Positions 26,931-51,947 are shown, counted from the first letter of the stretch. The stretch: DNA of 64,000 nt from Paraspadella gotoi (GCA_051294375.1 CM119266.1:12824081-12888080), one strand, 5' to 3'. The notes: generated by a model not told the origin, from the letters alone. A program made the numbers and translations.

Positions 26931-28119
26931 TCACGAGATGGTCGACGGCGTCTCCACATTTTCATTCTCTGAGTCTTCATATTTGGACATCTCGCCATGG
27001 TCTTTTACATTCGAGGCTATGGAAAGTTTATTTTCTAAATGAAGATCCGCGACGAAAAAGCCGAAAAAAACAGCGACGGCGACGCCGATGATACCGCCGC
27101 TCAACACGTCCGTGGGATGATGCTTGTTGTCGTGGATACGAGAAACAGCGACGAACCTAAAATAAAAATAAGACTTGGTCCTAGAAGACAGGAAAAACTA
27201 AAGGACTGACCATAATTTCTTTGGGAGCTTACCAAGCCCACCAAACGCAAGCAGCTTGAAGTAAGGGCCGCGGCAGAAAACCAACGATCTTCCGTGGAAG
27301 ACGAAAATGAATGTATAAAAAGGCGAAAGTCATAGCGAAAGAGATGAAGGAGGTGTGCCCGGAGGGGAAGCTGACGCGAGACTCCTTCCATCGATTTTCC
27401 GAAACTAAAAAGTATTTTTCGGTAAAAAAATCTATACTAGTTTAATTTATTTAACTTTAAAAATGAGAGCAATCGAATGGGAATTTACATTGTTGGTTGG
27501 TGCAGCGAAATTCGTGAATGTAGGCAGACGGTGCCAGCTTTGAACTGGAGCAATTGTAAGAGACTCCGTCGACAACGAATTCTGGTCCACAAACGTGAAA
27601 AAAATGAGGCCGAAGTCGGCCTATCTGATACTTGGCGATATCGGTGAAAATATGTTGATAGCTGCATCCTGTGGAATCAAGGAAAAAGAAATTCAAATAT
27701 TTCGGTTTTCGCAAAGGCCTTTCGAAGAACAAACGGGACTCACCGGCGAAAAAAGGTGCGAGAACAAGAGCGCTATCAACGAACAACTTGTAAAAAGAGA
27801 ACCCACATTTTCCGATTCGCACCGTGGCTAAAGTCGATTCTCTACGACGCAGATCGAAAAAAATATTGGCGACGACGATGATGGTAGGCACGAAGACACC
27901 GACGAGTCCGTTGACCCAACTGGGAACCGAGCTGGATTTGTAGGGCAGCATGAGAGATTCGTCGTCGCAATGAAAACCGCGCTGAGACAGGATCTCCTTC
28001 CCGTCAAGTCCGTAGAGTGCGATGCCGAGGGCTCCGAGGCCGATGAGAAGGAGATCAAAAATCAAAGTCGAAACCACGCTCACGGTTCCCTCCTGCGGTA
28101 GAACCGCGCTCGACGACAT
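26931..28119 (-). CDS. Lipid phosphate phosphatase (PAP2/PLPP/wunen family)
   Basis: QRGFHCDDESL, C1 KYQIGRLRPHF, C2 SFPSGH, C3 SRIHDNKHHPTDV. Confidence 0.9.
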
Positions 28120-29118
28120 TGTTTTGTCTTTTTAGCCTTTGCTACTGTTTTTGTTTTGTTGAATCAATAGGATAATAATACAAATTTCCTGTAGGCATAA
28201 CAGAATAACGATTCGTGAGAAAGATCAAAGATCACTATTACAACATCGATTCTTAGAATGACTTTTTATTAAAACTCTGACCGGTTTCAATGTGACAATA
28301 GAGATACGTATCATAGGGTGAAAAATTGGAGAATGATTGGGAGAAGTACATTTACTTAAAATCTCCTTCGAGTTGGGGAGGGGAATGTAAGAAAAGCTTG
28401 AAAACTGCTAGGACGAAATGACTAAGGCCCTAAACAGCTTAGCATTAATTTAGAGTGAGGATTTGGAATTTAGCTTTTTTAGGGTGGGACCCAGAATCCG
28501 GGCAACACTAATAAAAACTCATTACTTTAAAAAAGATAAACTCAGAATATAATTAATCTATTATTATGTAGTATTCAAAATATAGAATACTTACTTATAA
28601 ATTTTTCAAGTTATTGAAAAACTAACTAGTAAACATTGATCTTGTAAAATAGACAACAGAAAATTAAAAATTTACACGTATATTGGACAACTACCAGGCT
28701 GACAAAACAAAATTTTTCGTAATTTTTAATTCAAAAACTGTTTTCTTCATACTTTAAGGGAAGTGAAACAAAAGATATTAACGAAACTGCTATAGCTGAT
28801 TCACATTCTGTCTGGATACATGCTCCCACCCATTTTTTATGGTATATATGAAGTTTAAGTCTAACAGCTCAAAGCATAAAAAAAAAAAAAAAAAATCTTT
28901 TTGAAACATAAAGAGCCTCCGATGGTAGTAGCAAAATTGATTAACGTTTTCTTCGTTGCACAATGGCTCAAAAATTTTAAGAGCCACAGTTTTGTTTCGA
29001 AATTCCGTATTTCGAAAATGAAATTCTCGCAGATATTCGCTTTATTTTCAAGGAAACGTTTAAGGTGCGGCTCGATCAAGTTTTTTATTACATCCTCCCA
29101 TTCGAATTTACTTTGTCG

Positions 29119-30344
29119 TCAAGCTAAGAGTGAAAAAAGGGTTATATTTACGAATTACTCATTTTTGAAACACATCGCATCAGTATTATTACGTTTTCCG
29201 TTGTTGTAGCTCATGGCGCGCATGGGAACTTTGAAGTTGGCAGCGGCCTGTTGCTGCAACTGATACGCCATAGGGTGAATCTTGAATCCGTAGAGACGAG
29301 GGACGAACTGATTGGGAGGTCTTTTCGGCCTGGGAAGGGATGTAAAAAGGTTTAATATTGAATAAAGAAAATACAATTATCGTTATCGTTCCTTATACGT
29401 ACGTAGGAAGACAAAAATCAATTAGGTTTACTTTCAATTCACGCATAGAAAAAGGAACCAATAGACGAAACTCAGAGACCAAAATTTGATTTCTACTCTT
29501 ACATAATAATTATTTACCTGTATTCGGGGTGAACCATGAAGAGCATGTGTGGAAAGCCAGTTCCGAAATAGGCGCCATCGGTGTGATGATGGCGCGATGA
29601 TTTCGGCGTGTAGACGTCCATGCACTTCGGGCAATAAAGCTTAACCATCGCTTCCCCTGATTGGCGTGTTATTTTAATTTTAAATTATCGAAATCCGCAC
29701 AATTGCAATGCAAATGTACAATTACGTTGTAAACCGCTACCTGGAACATCTGACAAGCCGATTGGCAACATAGGTTGGTTCTCACAGTATACCCGAGGGC
29801 AGTATCCGAAGTCACCCTGAAAATATTAATGAAATGTCAGTGAAGGGACTCGCTAAACTTTTGTACAAGACTTCGTTACTGCAATGACCTGCTGATATTT
29901 CTCGAGCATTTTAGCGATGCCTCTGTTGGTGAGGATGAATCGCGCATGTATTAGGCCGTAGAGCATCTCGGCCGCTTGTTCAATGAGATCTCCCTGAGAG
30001 GGGTTTTCGTCCAGATCTTCGTCGGGTTCCAAGTCAAGAATCATGTCCAATGCTTGGCGGTAATGAGGAACTTGCTCGTTCAGGCCTGTTAGAATGTCAA
30101 GTACATATTCGTAACTTACTGAACGGTAAAGAGACAGGTCTGGGCTTTTAAACTTACCAGTGAGATTAAACTTGTCCTGTATGTAATCCTCGTCAACTTC
30201 GCAGAAAAACTCATTACCTCTCAGTCCACAAAACCACGATATCCACGAAACCTGAAAAACAAGTTGGCGAAAACTCGACAGTGAATTGCGACTGACCACT
30301 AAAATTAAAAAAAAGCATTAACGAACCTCTTCCGAGCTACTCAT
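29119..30344 (-). CDS. CSNK2B: Casein kinase II beta subunit
   Basis: [39 protein letters not shown]...RLYGFKIH; the last codon probably follows a short terminal intron (otherwise the stop is at 29155). Confidence 0.97.
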
Positions 30345-30695
30345 CTTGAACTAAGCCACCAGCCTAGTATTAAGCTACCTGAGAAAATTAAGACATTAAA
30401 AAAGTTGATAAACAGTAAAACAGATTTATCATGAGATCCATATCACATAACATTATAAAAACAAATTCATTTCATGACCAAAAGTAAAACAAGGCGATGA
30501 CCAATCTAATATCTCATGACAAGTTTTTGGAAAGGGGAAAATGGCACTTGGAAATGAAATGGACAGGGAAAAAAGCGATTCCAAGCCATGACTAGTAAGA
30601 CGACTACGAGTGATAGTTGATGGAAGACGTTGAGCTGAGTTTAGGCCATCATCGAGTGAGCGGCCACAGTGTCTTTGATCACTGAGATATTGCGA

Positions 30696-32990
30696 CTATT
30701 GAGCTAAGACTTCGTGCAACGCATGAGCTATCGATTCAGCTATAGATTCGACTTGATCGATAGTCGGCGCTTCGGCATAGACGCGAACCACGTCTTCCGT
30801 TCCTGAGGGGCGAACGAAGGCGCGAGAAGTCTGGGGGAACTTGGACAAGATGGTGTCGATGCGCTCTTGCAGACCTGCAGGTGCCGTCACTCTGGAAAAT
30901 GGAAAAGTCATATGCGAAAAGCCACTAGCACAGTCACAGATGTTAAACGGGGAAAAAAAATTACTTTCTTTCCGAGTCCGTGGTTTTAATTGCGTTCCGA
31001 TCGGGGACGAGGCATTTCATAAGTTTGTTAGGAAAATCCACGTAAGTAGCGTTCCAATCCTGGCAATTCCAGCCGTAATGCATGAGCGCCGTTTCGACGA
31101 GTAACAAGTCCGAAATGGCGTCCCCAACCTGAGACAAATTAAAAATGAAAATATATACGACCAAGAAAACTCGAAGAAATATTTGCGTACCGTTTGGTTA
31201 ATCAAATCCATGACTAAAGTCAACTTCGCGGCGGCGTTGACTTCGGTCTCGGAAGAATCCTTGCTGCGACTCTTTTCCAAAATCTTTTTCTCTGCAAGAA
31301 GAACCGACAAAATTACTCGATATCAAAACGAGAATGACCGCAAAAACATACCGGCTGTTTCGCTGAAAACGACGGTTCCGTGGCCGTTGGCTTCGAAATA
31401 GACGCCTCAAAGAGTATTATTATACTTTAAAATGCGTACAATGACGGATGAAAACAGAACAAAGGTTTCTAAATTATTGCATATGAATTCACTGACCAAC
31501 ATCAAACTGTGAGGCACGATGGTGAAGATGCTTAACACCGGTCGGGACGCAAGCCACCGGCACGCCTAGTTTCGTAGTCATGTAAATCGTAGAGCTGCCG
31601 TTCGCGTAAGCCGTTTGCACAACCCCGAGGGCCAAAGATTCTAAGCCCGCTGCGGAGATGTTAAAGTATTGGACATTAATTTTTCGTAATTATTTTTCAT
31701 ATATAAAAAAAAGACTAGCCACATACCTTGTTTTAAAAGGTCCTTCAAGAAACGCGCGACCAGGCTCGAGATCTTATCTCCGTCGAGCAGAACGAAAGCG
31801 TCGTTATCGAAATAAAAGTAAACGATTCTGTCGGCGTCTCCGTCCACCGACGCGTGTCTTCGTTGGCTCGAATTCTGCGCGCCCGTTGGCGGGGATTGAG
31901 TCGTTTTGACGTGATCAGCTCCGCAACCCTGAGACGAAACGAGAGTATAGTCGGATTTCTTTGAGGGTGACGCCATAGAAAATAAGGAGGAATCTCTCAC
32001 TTGATTAAGTACGTCGTCCTCTTTCGTTCCATCGTTTATGACTTCTACATCTAGGATTTTGGACGGAAGGAGTTTCAGCAAGAGCTTCATTTTATCGGCG
32101 CCAACTCCGTTGGCTCCGTCGAAGACGATCTCGGGTTTGTAGCGATTAAGTCCATCCCCAGAAGTATCGAAATCTGGAGACATAATATAAAAATAAAAGA
32201 ATATCAAATATCAAAAAAGGAGTAAGAAATTACAAGTCGGATTAAAATAAAAAACCTTTTAATTTTAAAAATGCGGAGCAGATCTTCGTGAAGTAGCCAT
32301 CCTCGGTCGGTTCTCCGTAAGCCCCCTTTGTGTTCAAGCAACGGACGATATAATGAAGCTGTGGAGTGGAGAGTTGGCCGAAATCCAAAAGGGTGGCGTC
32401 AAAGGCGTCGACGCCGTCTCTTACCGCGATAGAAAGGCTCAAGGAGGATGGTCGTGTGTCTCGCGCGACGGCCACGCGGGCTCCAGAGAGTGACTGCAAG
32501 AAGAATATTAACCTAGGTAAATATCGGAGTTGATCAATGATGAGCCTTTCAAGTTGTATTGTACCTACCTCGAATTCGATGCCATGGTTTTTGCAGATGG
32601 AATTTATTTCCGTTTCAAGATCGTCGTCGGCCACGTTGGCTAAGTTAGTCGCTTGCTGTTCCCACGACGAATCCAACATTTCTCCCATCGGATCAACCAA
32701 TTTGACCCCATTGTCACGCACTTTAACGTGGTCAAGATAAACTAGGTTGAAAGTCGTCGCGAGGATAACAATGATAAAGTTTACTTGCCTGGATTGTGAG
32801 AGGCGGTGATCATCACACCGATAACGGATTTGGTTTTGGCGGATCTTAGTGTAGCCAAAATACCCATGCGGAACATGACGTGATCTAGCCTGTCCGCGGG
32901 CATCCGAAAACCCGCAGTTCCATAAGAAACGCGAAAAATGTCATCGGAATTCCGATGGTTGTTTTGCAAAATGGATAGTTTAGTCGGCAT
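30696..32990 (-). CDS. PGM3: Phosphoacetylglucosamine mutase
   Basis: [46 protein letters not shown]. Confidence 0.95.
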
Positions 32991-33160
32991 ATTCTCCGTC
33001 ACGGTTAGGAGCTATAATATTTGACAAAAACATTCAAAATATTTATTAATATTTCGACAATGGAATAGAGAATTTTCTAGGACAAGAAAAAGTGTTCCAA
33101 ACAATACAAAATAGAATATGAGAAATGAATATGCAAAATTGTCTACAGGAGATAGTTGGA

Positions 33161-33734
33161 CTAATATCTATATTTAGTTGAGTAGTCTTTGGGAGAGACG
33201 ACGAGACCTCTCCCTTTTCTCGCTCCCCGATAAACCGTCTCGATAATGTCTATGAACTCTTGATTGTCTTCGAGAGGCCAATTGATTTTGTTGTTGTTAC
33301 CCGTTCCTAAGGAGATAAAGAAACATTTATTACTCATAATACACTTTTTAAAAAAGGATTAAATGAACAAGGAAATAATTACCCAAATCAATCATGATGT
33401 GTTTGTTTCTGTAGAAGAACATGACCGTACAAGGATCGTACAATTCATACATTTTGTTGAAATCGGGGACTTCAGTGATGTCGACGAGATAAACGACGGC
33501 GAAATTTTTAATCTTTTCCGCAGTTCTTGAATAGAGAAAAATAATTAATACAATATTTTTTTTGATGTAAAGTTCTTAATTTATTTGTCTTTACCTGTAC
33601 AAGACTTCGTCCATTTTCATACACGATGGGTCCCAGTCATGGCCAAAACGAATACATACGACGCGATCTTCCTCCGACAGAATGGCCTGATCAACTTGCC
33701 ATCCATTATGTAGATGAGGTAACATATAAGACAT
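33161..33734 (-). CDS. TXNL4A: U5 snRNP protein Dim1
   Basis: MSYMLPHLHNGWQVDQAILSEEDRVV...SPKDYSTKYRY. Confidence 0.97.
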
Positions 33735-33775
33735 TGTGTATTGTTTTTTGCTTGTAACTGATTGTAATTGTAATA

Positions 33776-33833
33776 AAAACATTCAAATTAATGTTTGTTA
33801 AAAACATTCAAATTAATGTTTGTTAAAAACATT
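33776..33833. repeat. 25-bp tandem repeat, about 2.3 copies
   Basis: AAAAACATTCAAATTAATGTTTGTT repeated. Confidence 0.85.
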
Positions 33834-35279
33834 TTTAAATAAATTTACTTTCAATTTCCATCTAACTTTTGAATTTGTTTAACTCTTTCAGTATTCCAAG
33901 TTAATACAACAGCAAAAATAAAAAGGTTAGCAACAAAGTCGCAAAATAAAATAATTGCTTTGCAAATCAATGTATAAGGCGAACATCACTGTATTTTTCA
34001 CAAGGTTCAAAAACAAACCAAAGACGCGCGAGGGAGACAAGAATTACATTTCATCTTGCTAATGAGTTTTATCCACCGAAAAAAAAATTTAAAGAATGTA
34101 ATTCCAGTCAATCAATAAATTATAAATGTTGCATTGCAGACCCGAAAATGTTGGTTAGGAGGAATTTTTTTCGAATTGAGCGCGCACGAATAAACGTTAC
34201 TTAACGTAGGATTTGACGTTTTTGCTTTTGAAGAGAGCTTTTCACATTTTTTTTATTCAGATCATAAAAGATTGAATAGAGGTAATGTAGAATATAAAGA
34301 ACTATGAAGAAAAACTTTAAAAAAATGCCTACTTTGCTAGAACCTATTCATTTTCAATTAAATTAAATAATAATTTATATACAAGAGTTCAAGAGGACTA
34401 CCCAAATGCTTTATCGTGCAAAAATCAGTTTCATTCTGGAAATAAAAGAGTTTAAGGTTAAGTACTAATACTTATACTACCGCAATTTATGTGATAATGA
34501 GATTAACTGTGAAAAACGCTAAAAGCAGATTTTTGATCAAAGATTTCATTATGATTTTGACATAACATTAGATGGCACTGAATATTTTATGTAATTATTT
34601 ATCCAAAAGAAAATGAAGGTAAATAAATAAATCAAATCAACTGAGACTCAAGACTACTTTATATTCCTTTTTTCACAGTTGATCTCATATATAATTATCA
34701 CCATTATCATCCTTATTTTTTCGAATACATTAAGTAAAAATCACGAATTTTAATAAGATTTTGCACCAGTTGATTACATTTTAAACCTCTAAAAAGACTT
34801 AAAAAAAAAACGAGAACCAGAGAACAGCATTACATACATGCTGCAAATAAGACTGCATAGCATAGAAAATGAATTCACGTTCTTCGTTATTATGCGGGAT
34901 TATGCTTTGTTCGCAAATAGTATATAGTAGAATCTAGATATTTTTCATATCGGTAAATGCCCGTAACAATTTATCAGGTGCTCGAATACCAATTGAACGG
35001 AAAGCTCAGATCGACAAAGCAAGCAAGAACAAAGTCTTGTTACACATACGAGATAAAACATAAGTGAACAGGTGCATATTTCGAGACGGTAAAACAGGCA
35101 GAGAGTCAGACTAATTACTAAATGGTTGTATCACCAATCAACGCTACACGTTATATACGTCGGTTTCATTATTCCAAGGAAATGCAAAATAAGCATCTTT
35201 GAACGGTGGGATATAATACTCGGTAATGCCATGCCAAGATTTTCAAGGCGTTTCATTTTTTAAGTTTTCGTTGTTGTTG

Positions 35280-38687
<3,408 letters not shown>

Positions 38688-39546
38688 GACGACCTTCCCA
38701 TGAATTCATCTCTAATGCAATTAATGCATGCCTCAAAAACAAAAAAGGGGATTGACTATTATAAACACTGGCAAATGTCAAGATACAGTAAGTTGGCACT
38801 ATTACACAAAATGAAAAAAAAAATTTAACCCATTAAAAATCACGGACCGCCAACCAGACGAAGTAACTATGTTACTCAAGCCTCAAATATATTTTTGATA
38901 TTGTTGTGTTTAAAGTGCTGAAAATTTTTGACTATGACAAATGATGCGACTAACATTTTAAAATATATTATCAGATTAAGGAGAAGATTTTCAATAACTG
39001 AAAATCAAGGACTGACTCTAAGAGTACCGAAAGACGATCACTTCCTTTTGATAGATTTCACAAGGCCTGAGTCAAATCCACAATTGGATGAGAGGCAATA
39101 AAATAAATAAATACGCCATTAAACTTTAATAGTAAATAATTAAAGAATCCGTCACCGACTAAAAACGTGAAAAAGTTGGCAGGTTTATCAAGTGATCTAG
39201 AACCATAATTAATACAATGTAATCGATCAACGAAACCTAAGATTCTCAATAACGGACAAATTTGGAATAGTGTTAATGTCATGGGCAATTCGAATGACAC
39301 TTTTTAACAGTGATAACAATGGAATTGTAAACAGATCTAGATAGTAATTTTACTAGTAAACGAATGGTTTGGAATGATGAAGATAATTTCAAACGTTCAC
39401 TATTGCAAATACAATAGTCTTTAAAATAGACGTGTTCAAAAAAATAATTTTAAGTTATAATCTAAATCGCATAAACTCGATATGCTTTTTTTATTGCTTT
39501 TTTGCTATAATTATAACAAGGCAATAATATTCAATAGAAGTACTGT

Positions 39547-41807
<2,261 letters not shown>

Positions 41808-41945
41808 AGTGATATCATGAAAATTTAGATTGACGTCATTTGAATTTTTAAACGATATGTCAGAGTTTATTTATTGCAGATAAAAACTGAAAATAAAGTA
41901 GCATAAATAATCACAGGATAATCAGAAAGGTTGATGAATTACGAA

Positions 41946-42185
41946 TTAAGAATTAGATATCGGGGCTTGCAATATATGCGAATCTGCTAACGCGGCTAAG
42001 TAAATTAGGTTTCTGTGGAGGACTTGTTGAAGGGGAAAGCATTCCGTAATTTTCCCTTTTTTCTGATATTCGTCAATAGTTTTTATCAGCTCTTGATTTT
42101 CAAGCAACATCGTTTTCACGATTTCTTCGCTTGGCGATGGTGCTTTGCCCAATGGATGAGGATTGGTGAAAGCATACGCAGACAT
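41946..42185 (-). CDS. SS18L2: SS18-like protein 2 (SNH/SSXT domain)
   Basis: MLLENQELIKTIDEYQKKGK..CFPLQQVLHRNLIYLAALAD. Confidence 0.85.
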   Translation of the reverse strand: MSAYAFTNPHPLGKAPSPSEEIVKTMLLENQELIKTIDEYQKKGKITECFPLQQVLHRNLIYLAALADSHILQAPISNS

Positions 42186-42319
42186 AATACAAAATGGATA
42201 AGTAGTGTGAAATTGATGAAACCCGATTGTCAATTCTGTGGAAAAAACGAACAAAATTTTACAATAATACCCGGAATATCGTTTTTAATGTCATTTTCAA
42301 ATATTCCCCATTACTTAAC

Positions 42320-42620
42320 CTCTTGAGGTCTTTGAAACCTTTCTATAGCCAATTCTCAAAAACAACGTCAGTTAACAATTTATTAGATTTTTTTAGGTTT
42401 ATTTCGTTTTTGACGAGGTAAGCTGTCTACAATATGTACGTGCCGTCATCTTCCGCTTAAAAGGCCGGTCCGTTTCTGTCAGTTAATAGGCGCGATCGGG
42501 GCCGCAAATGCCAACATGCTCCACTGGCTTTTTCACGACTACACACGATTGCTGTGGAAATGAAACACCAATCAAAGGCCAGATCAATAGGCCACAACCA
42601 ATCACATCTCGAACCGTAAC
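42320..42620. promoter_or_regulatory. Divergent promoter region at the strand switch
   Basis: Oppositely oriented 5'UTR donors (minus at 42319, plus at 42418), two CCAATCA boxes, GC-rich patch. Confidence 0.5.
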
Positions 42621-43116
42621 AATAATAAGGTCCTTTGAGTAAAGTCATAAGCAAGTAATGAAAGTGACTAATTTGTTTACAATTAATTATTACTACTGCC
42701 AATAATTAGTTTTATTCAAGTTATTTTTCTCCTTTCCCTTACAGAAAAAAAAAAAGAATCAATCAGTGACGGACGGATTTAGATGATAAATTCTTGACGT
42801 CTCATGTGGTCCTCATCCTCAATAAAAATTTCTTCTTTATCATTCTGAACCATCCTCATCCCAATAGAAATCGAAATCGTGTAAAGTCCAGACGAATATC
42901 TAAAACTCAGATGCTCTTTTATATAAGAGATATCGACGTTTGTCTCTTTCTCTCTTTTGCGGTCATTCCAGATTATTGAAATCGGTTAAAAAAGGGGATC
43001 TTATTCTTAATACTGAAAATGCACTTACGAAAACTTTTCTAATTTTCAAACTCTGATTAGTTAATTTTGATTTTTTTTTTCAGCATAACTCGTCCAAAAT
43101 AACGTTTCTCTTCAAA

Positions 43117-44394
43117 ATGTCTCCTTTGGCTATGAATATCTTTACAAAGAGACTATGCATACCTTCTACGCAGATATTACGAAGAAACCAAGCGACGGCG
43201 GCTGTGCAAATGAAAGAAATTCTTAGTGAACAGCTTGAAGACATTAAAAAAGCTGGGACGTGGAAGACTGAGCGAGTTATAATGTCGAAACAAGCTTCTG
43301 GAATAAAGGTAAAGGGGGATTCAAGGAATATCCTAAACTTTTGCTCGAACAACTACTTAGGCCTTTCCAGTCATCCCGAAGTCATCGATGCCGGAAAGGC
43401 TGCTCTAGATAGTCATGGCGCAGGCCTCAGCTCCGTTAGATTCATATGCGGAACTCAAGATCTCCACAAACAGTTGGAACGAAAAGTAGCTAAATTTCAT
43501 GGTAAAGATGATGCCATCCTTTACGCAAGTTGTTTCGATGCTAATGCGGGCCTTTTCGAAGTTCTGTTGTCGCCTCAAGACGCGGTAATATCTGACGAAT
43601 TGAATCATGCCTCTATCATAGACGGAATTCGTCTTTGTAAAGCTCGTAAATTTCGATATCAACATCGGAATATGGAAGATTTGGAGGCGAAGCTCAAGGA
43701 ATCTCAAGATGCAAGAATGAGGCTCATTGTCTCCGATGGCGTTTTTTCCATGGACGGAAACGTTGCACCACTAAATGACATAATATCACTCGCTAAAAAG
43801 TACAATGCCATGACCTTCATCGACGAATGCCACGCCACTGGATTCTACGGAAAGACTGGTCGTGGAACCGAGGAATTTCTCGGCTTATTCGGAAAAACTG
43901 ACATTATTAACTCAACTCTAGGAAAGGCCCTGGGCGGTGCCGCCGGTGGCTATACAGCGGGAAACAAAGAATTAATAGATTTACTTCGACAAAGATCTCG
44001 TCCGTATCTATTTTCAAACGCCCTGCCACCTCCAGTAGTTGGTTGTGCATCCAAGGTTTTTGACCTGCTCGACGACACGTCGCTGGATTTACCGGGAAGA
44101 GTTTTTAAAAATACTCGACGTTTTAGATCTCTGATGACTGCTGCCGGTTTCCAAATTTCTGGCGACGATCATCCCATCTCGCCCGTCATGTTGGGAGATG
44201 CCCGACTCGCGTCTGAAATGGCGGACCGGCTCTTGGAAAAGGGAATTTACGTCATCGGATTTAGCTACCCTGTAGTTCCGCACGGCAAAGCGAGAATACG
44301 CGTACAGATCTCGGCATCTCACACGGAGGCAGAAATCGATCAAACCGTTGCTGCGTTCATAGAAGTTGGACGAGAATTCGAAGTTATTTCTTAA
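43117..44394 (+). CDS. GCAT: Mitochondrial glycine C-acetyltransferase (KBL), intronless CDS
   Basis: NFCSNNYLGL, SVRFICGTQ, SDELNHASIIDG, DECHATG, STLGKALGG, RIRVQISA; N-terminal transit-like peptide. Confidence 0.95.
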   Translation: MSPLAMNIFTKRLCIPSTQILRRNQATAAVQMKEILSEQLEDIKKAGTWKTERVIMSKQASGIKVKGDSRNILNFCSNNYLGLSSHPEVIDAGKAALDSHGAGLSSVRFICGTQDLHKQLERKVAKFHGKDDAILYASCFDANAGLFEVLLSPQDAVISDELNHASIIDGIRLCKARKFRYQHRNMEDLEAKLKESQDARMRLIVSDGVFSMDGNVAPLNDIISLAKKYNAMTFIDECHATGFYGKTGRGTEEFLGLFGKTDIINSTLGKALGGAAGGYTAGNKELIDLLRQRSRPYLFSNALPPPVVGCASKVFDLLDDTSLDLPGRVFKNTRRFRSLMTAAGFQISGDDHPISPVMLGDARLASEMADRLLEKGIYVIGFSYPVVPHGKARIRVQISASHTEAEIDQTVAAFIEVGREFEVIS

Positions 44395-44997
44395 TTGTTC
44401 ACAATCCAGTTTGCGAATTTTCTTTAAAAAAAAACCATTCTCCCTCAAGCGTAGAAGTTACGTATCAGACAAATTCTTTAATTTTTTCAAAAAACTATAT
44501 ATATGTATGAGTATTTCATATTTACATATATATTAAAGAAGCAAAATGCGACTTAATTCGTTCCAACTTTAACAATTTGTAGATCGATCTCAATAGGCAG
44601 AGCCAGAGGAGAAAATCTATTCGGTTGAATTAATACTTAACACGAAAATGAGCTTATTTATTACCTTGTCGCAAGGTTGTTTTTTTTTGCTTTTCGTTTT
44701 TGTTTTTTTTTATTACCCACCACTTCTTTTGTGTACGGTCTGGAACGAGAAATTATGGGTTTATCGGAGTCTAACAGGGTTATTTTGCTTTACTTTCGTT
44801 TTTATAAAAATAATTTTCAAAGCGAGTTAATTTGCATCTTCTGAGATGCTTAAGTTCGCTTATGATATTGTTTTTGGATAAGGAATTTTGAGCGTTTTAC
44901 TTTATTTTTAGATAATGAAATCATGCGATGATAAACATTAAATGTTTTGGAACGGCATGGAGCTTGCAGTCATATTTAACTTATCACAAACATAATA

Positions 44998-50344
<5,347 letters not shown>

Positions 50345-51947
50345 TCTTAAATTGATTTTGATTACATTAGAGCATATTGCTCTAGACTACTATAGTGTTT
50401 ACAAAAAGCTCAGAAAATAGCTTTTTACTTAGGTACGTAGATAGTAAAGTTTAGGATATTGAAGAAGACATAGTAAATCATCGCCACGCTTTGCAAGGTT
50501 AATTTTAATCAATGTTTTACTATTAATTTAATTACGATTAAATTTCATACCAATTTTTTAAGGGAGGGAGTTTAATAGATGAAAGATTTTTTAGAATTTT
50601 TTAATTTGATAGTAAACCAGAGAAAGCGTATTTTTGAAAAATCACTTGTCGAGATGGTAATTTATGATTGATTAATAATTACTAATATACTTATATTGCT
50701 ATTTCTGTGATTTTTAATTTTATTTCTAGTGTTACCTCGCATGCTTTTAACTACGTTTTCTTTACAATTATCATTAAGTATCTAACGCAAAAATTTAAAA
50801 AGTTTTTGTTTAAATACAACAGTTAATTTTGTAGCAGATTTTATTTCAGCTCTCCAGTTTTTAATGATAGGTATCCAGCTCCTTTACCAATTGAATTAGC
50901 TGTGTTTTTCCTAAATTAATAATATATTTCTGTTTTCTCTTTTAAACCCGACCTGCAATTTGTGGGAAACCACTAATGACCCGATCGTAAAAGGTGAACA
51001 AGTTTCGGTAAAAAAGTCGAGGTTGTCAAATATTAGGAAAAAGAGCACTTTTAGATTCTGTTTCGCGTCATTGAACTCTTTCCCCCTCTTCCAACCAACC
51101 GGGAGGCTTGAACGGCTCTGGATTCGCCTATCAACGCTTCCCTCACCTTTCCACACACACATTCGGATCGAATCTAGTTGTTTCTCTCCACTCCCCTCCG
51201 CAGCAAGGGAACATATTTTCTATTTCTACGTCCGAAGTGAAACACACGAAAAAAATCGATATTTTCCTGCCTCCTCTGATTCATTATCGGTCTATTTCCT
51301 TCGCATTAGAATCGGGGATTTAGAAGGCCACTGAGAAGCCTTTTCTCCCGCCTTTGACGTGACGTCGGGAATAGAGCGCTTGGCAAACATCTTTTTTTCT
51401 TTCTCTCTCCCCGGGCGCTCAGTTGCATCAGTCTGCTCAAAATTGAGCTCAAAGTTTACTCTTTGATTTTTAGGAAAGGAAAAAAGGCTTTTTTCGTAAT
51501 ATTTTACGACGGAGCAAGTGTCTCCTCTCGATCATCAGCGCCGAGAAACTTGATCTTTGCTCCTTTTGATCTCGCGAATATGTAAACTCTGAAACCGGAC
51601 CAAACTCATTTTTCTTCTTATTCACAATTTCAGCCCGACGTTTGGTTGAAGAGCTTTCGCAACCAGCCCTCACTTCGTTCAATTATTTTGACTGGCTTCG
51701 TCACTAACCGAAAAAAAAAAATAATAATCGGCGACGCCGCCTAATGAACATTCGGTTTCTAAATCAATGTGTTAGTTGTTTTTTGTCTCCCAGTCTGGAA
51801 CAAAAAAAACCAGTATCGTGGATGACCTTTTTCCTAAACTTTAATGAGATTAAAGCTTTACCTTCAATTTAAACATCAATGAAAAGCCTCTTTGGGCAGC
51901 AATATCATTATCATCGTTTAAAGTTTTATTGCAAAACTTAACAATAA

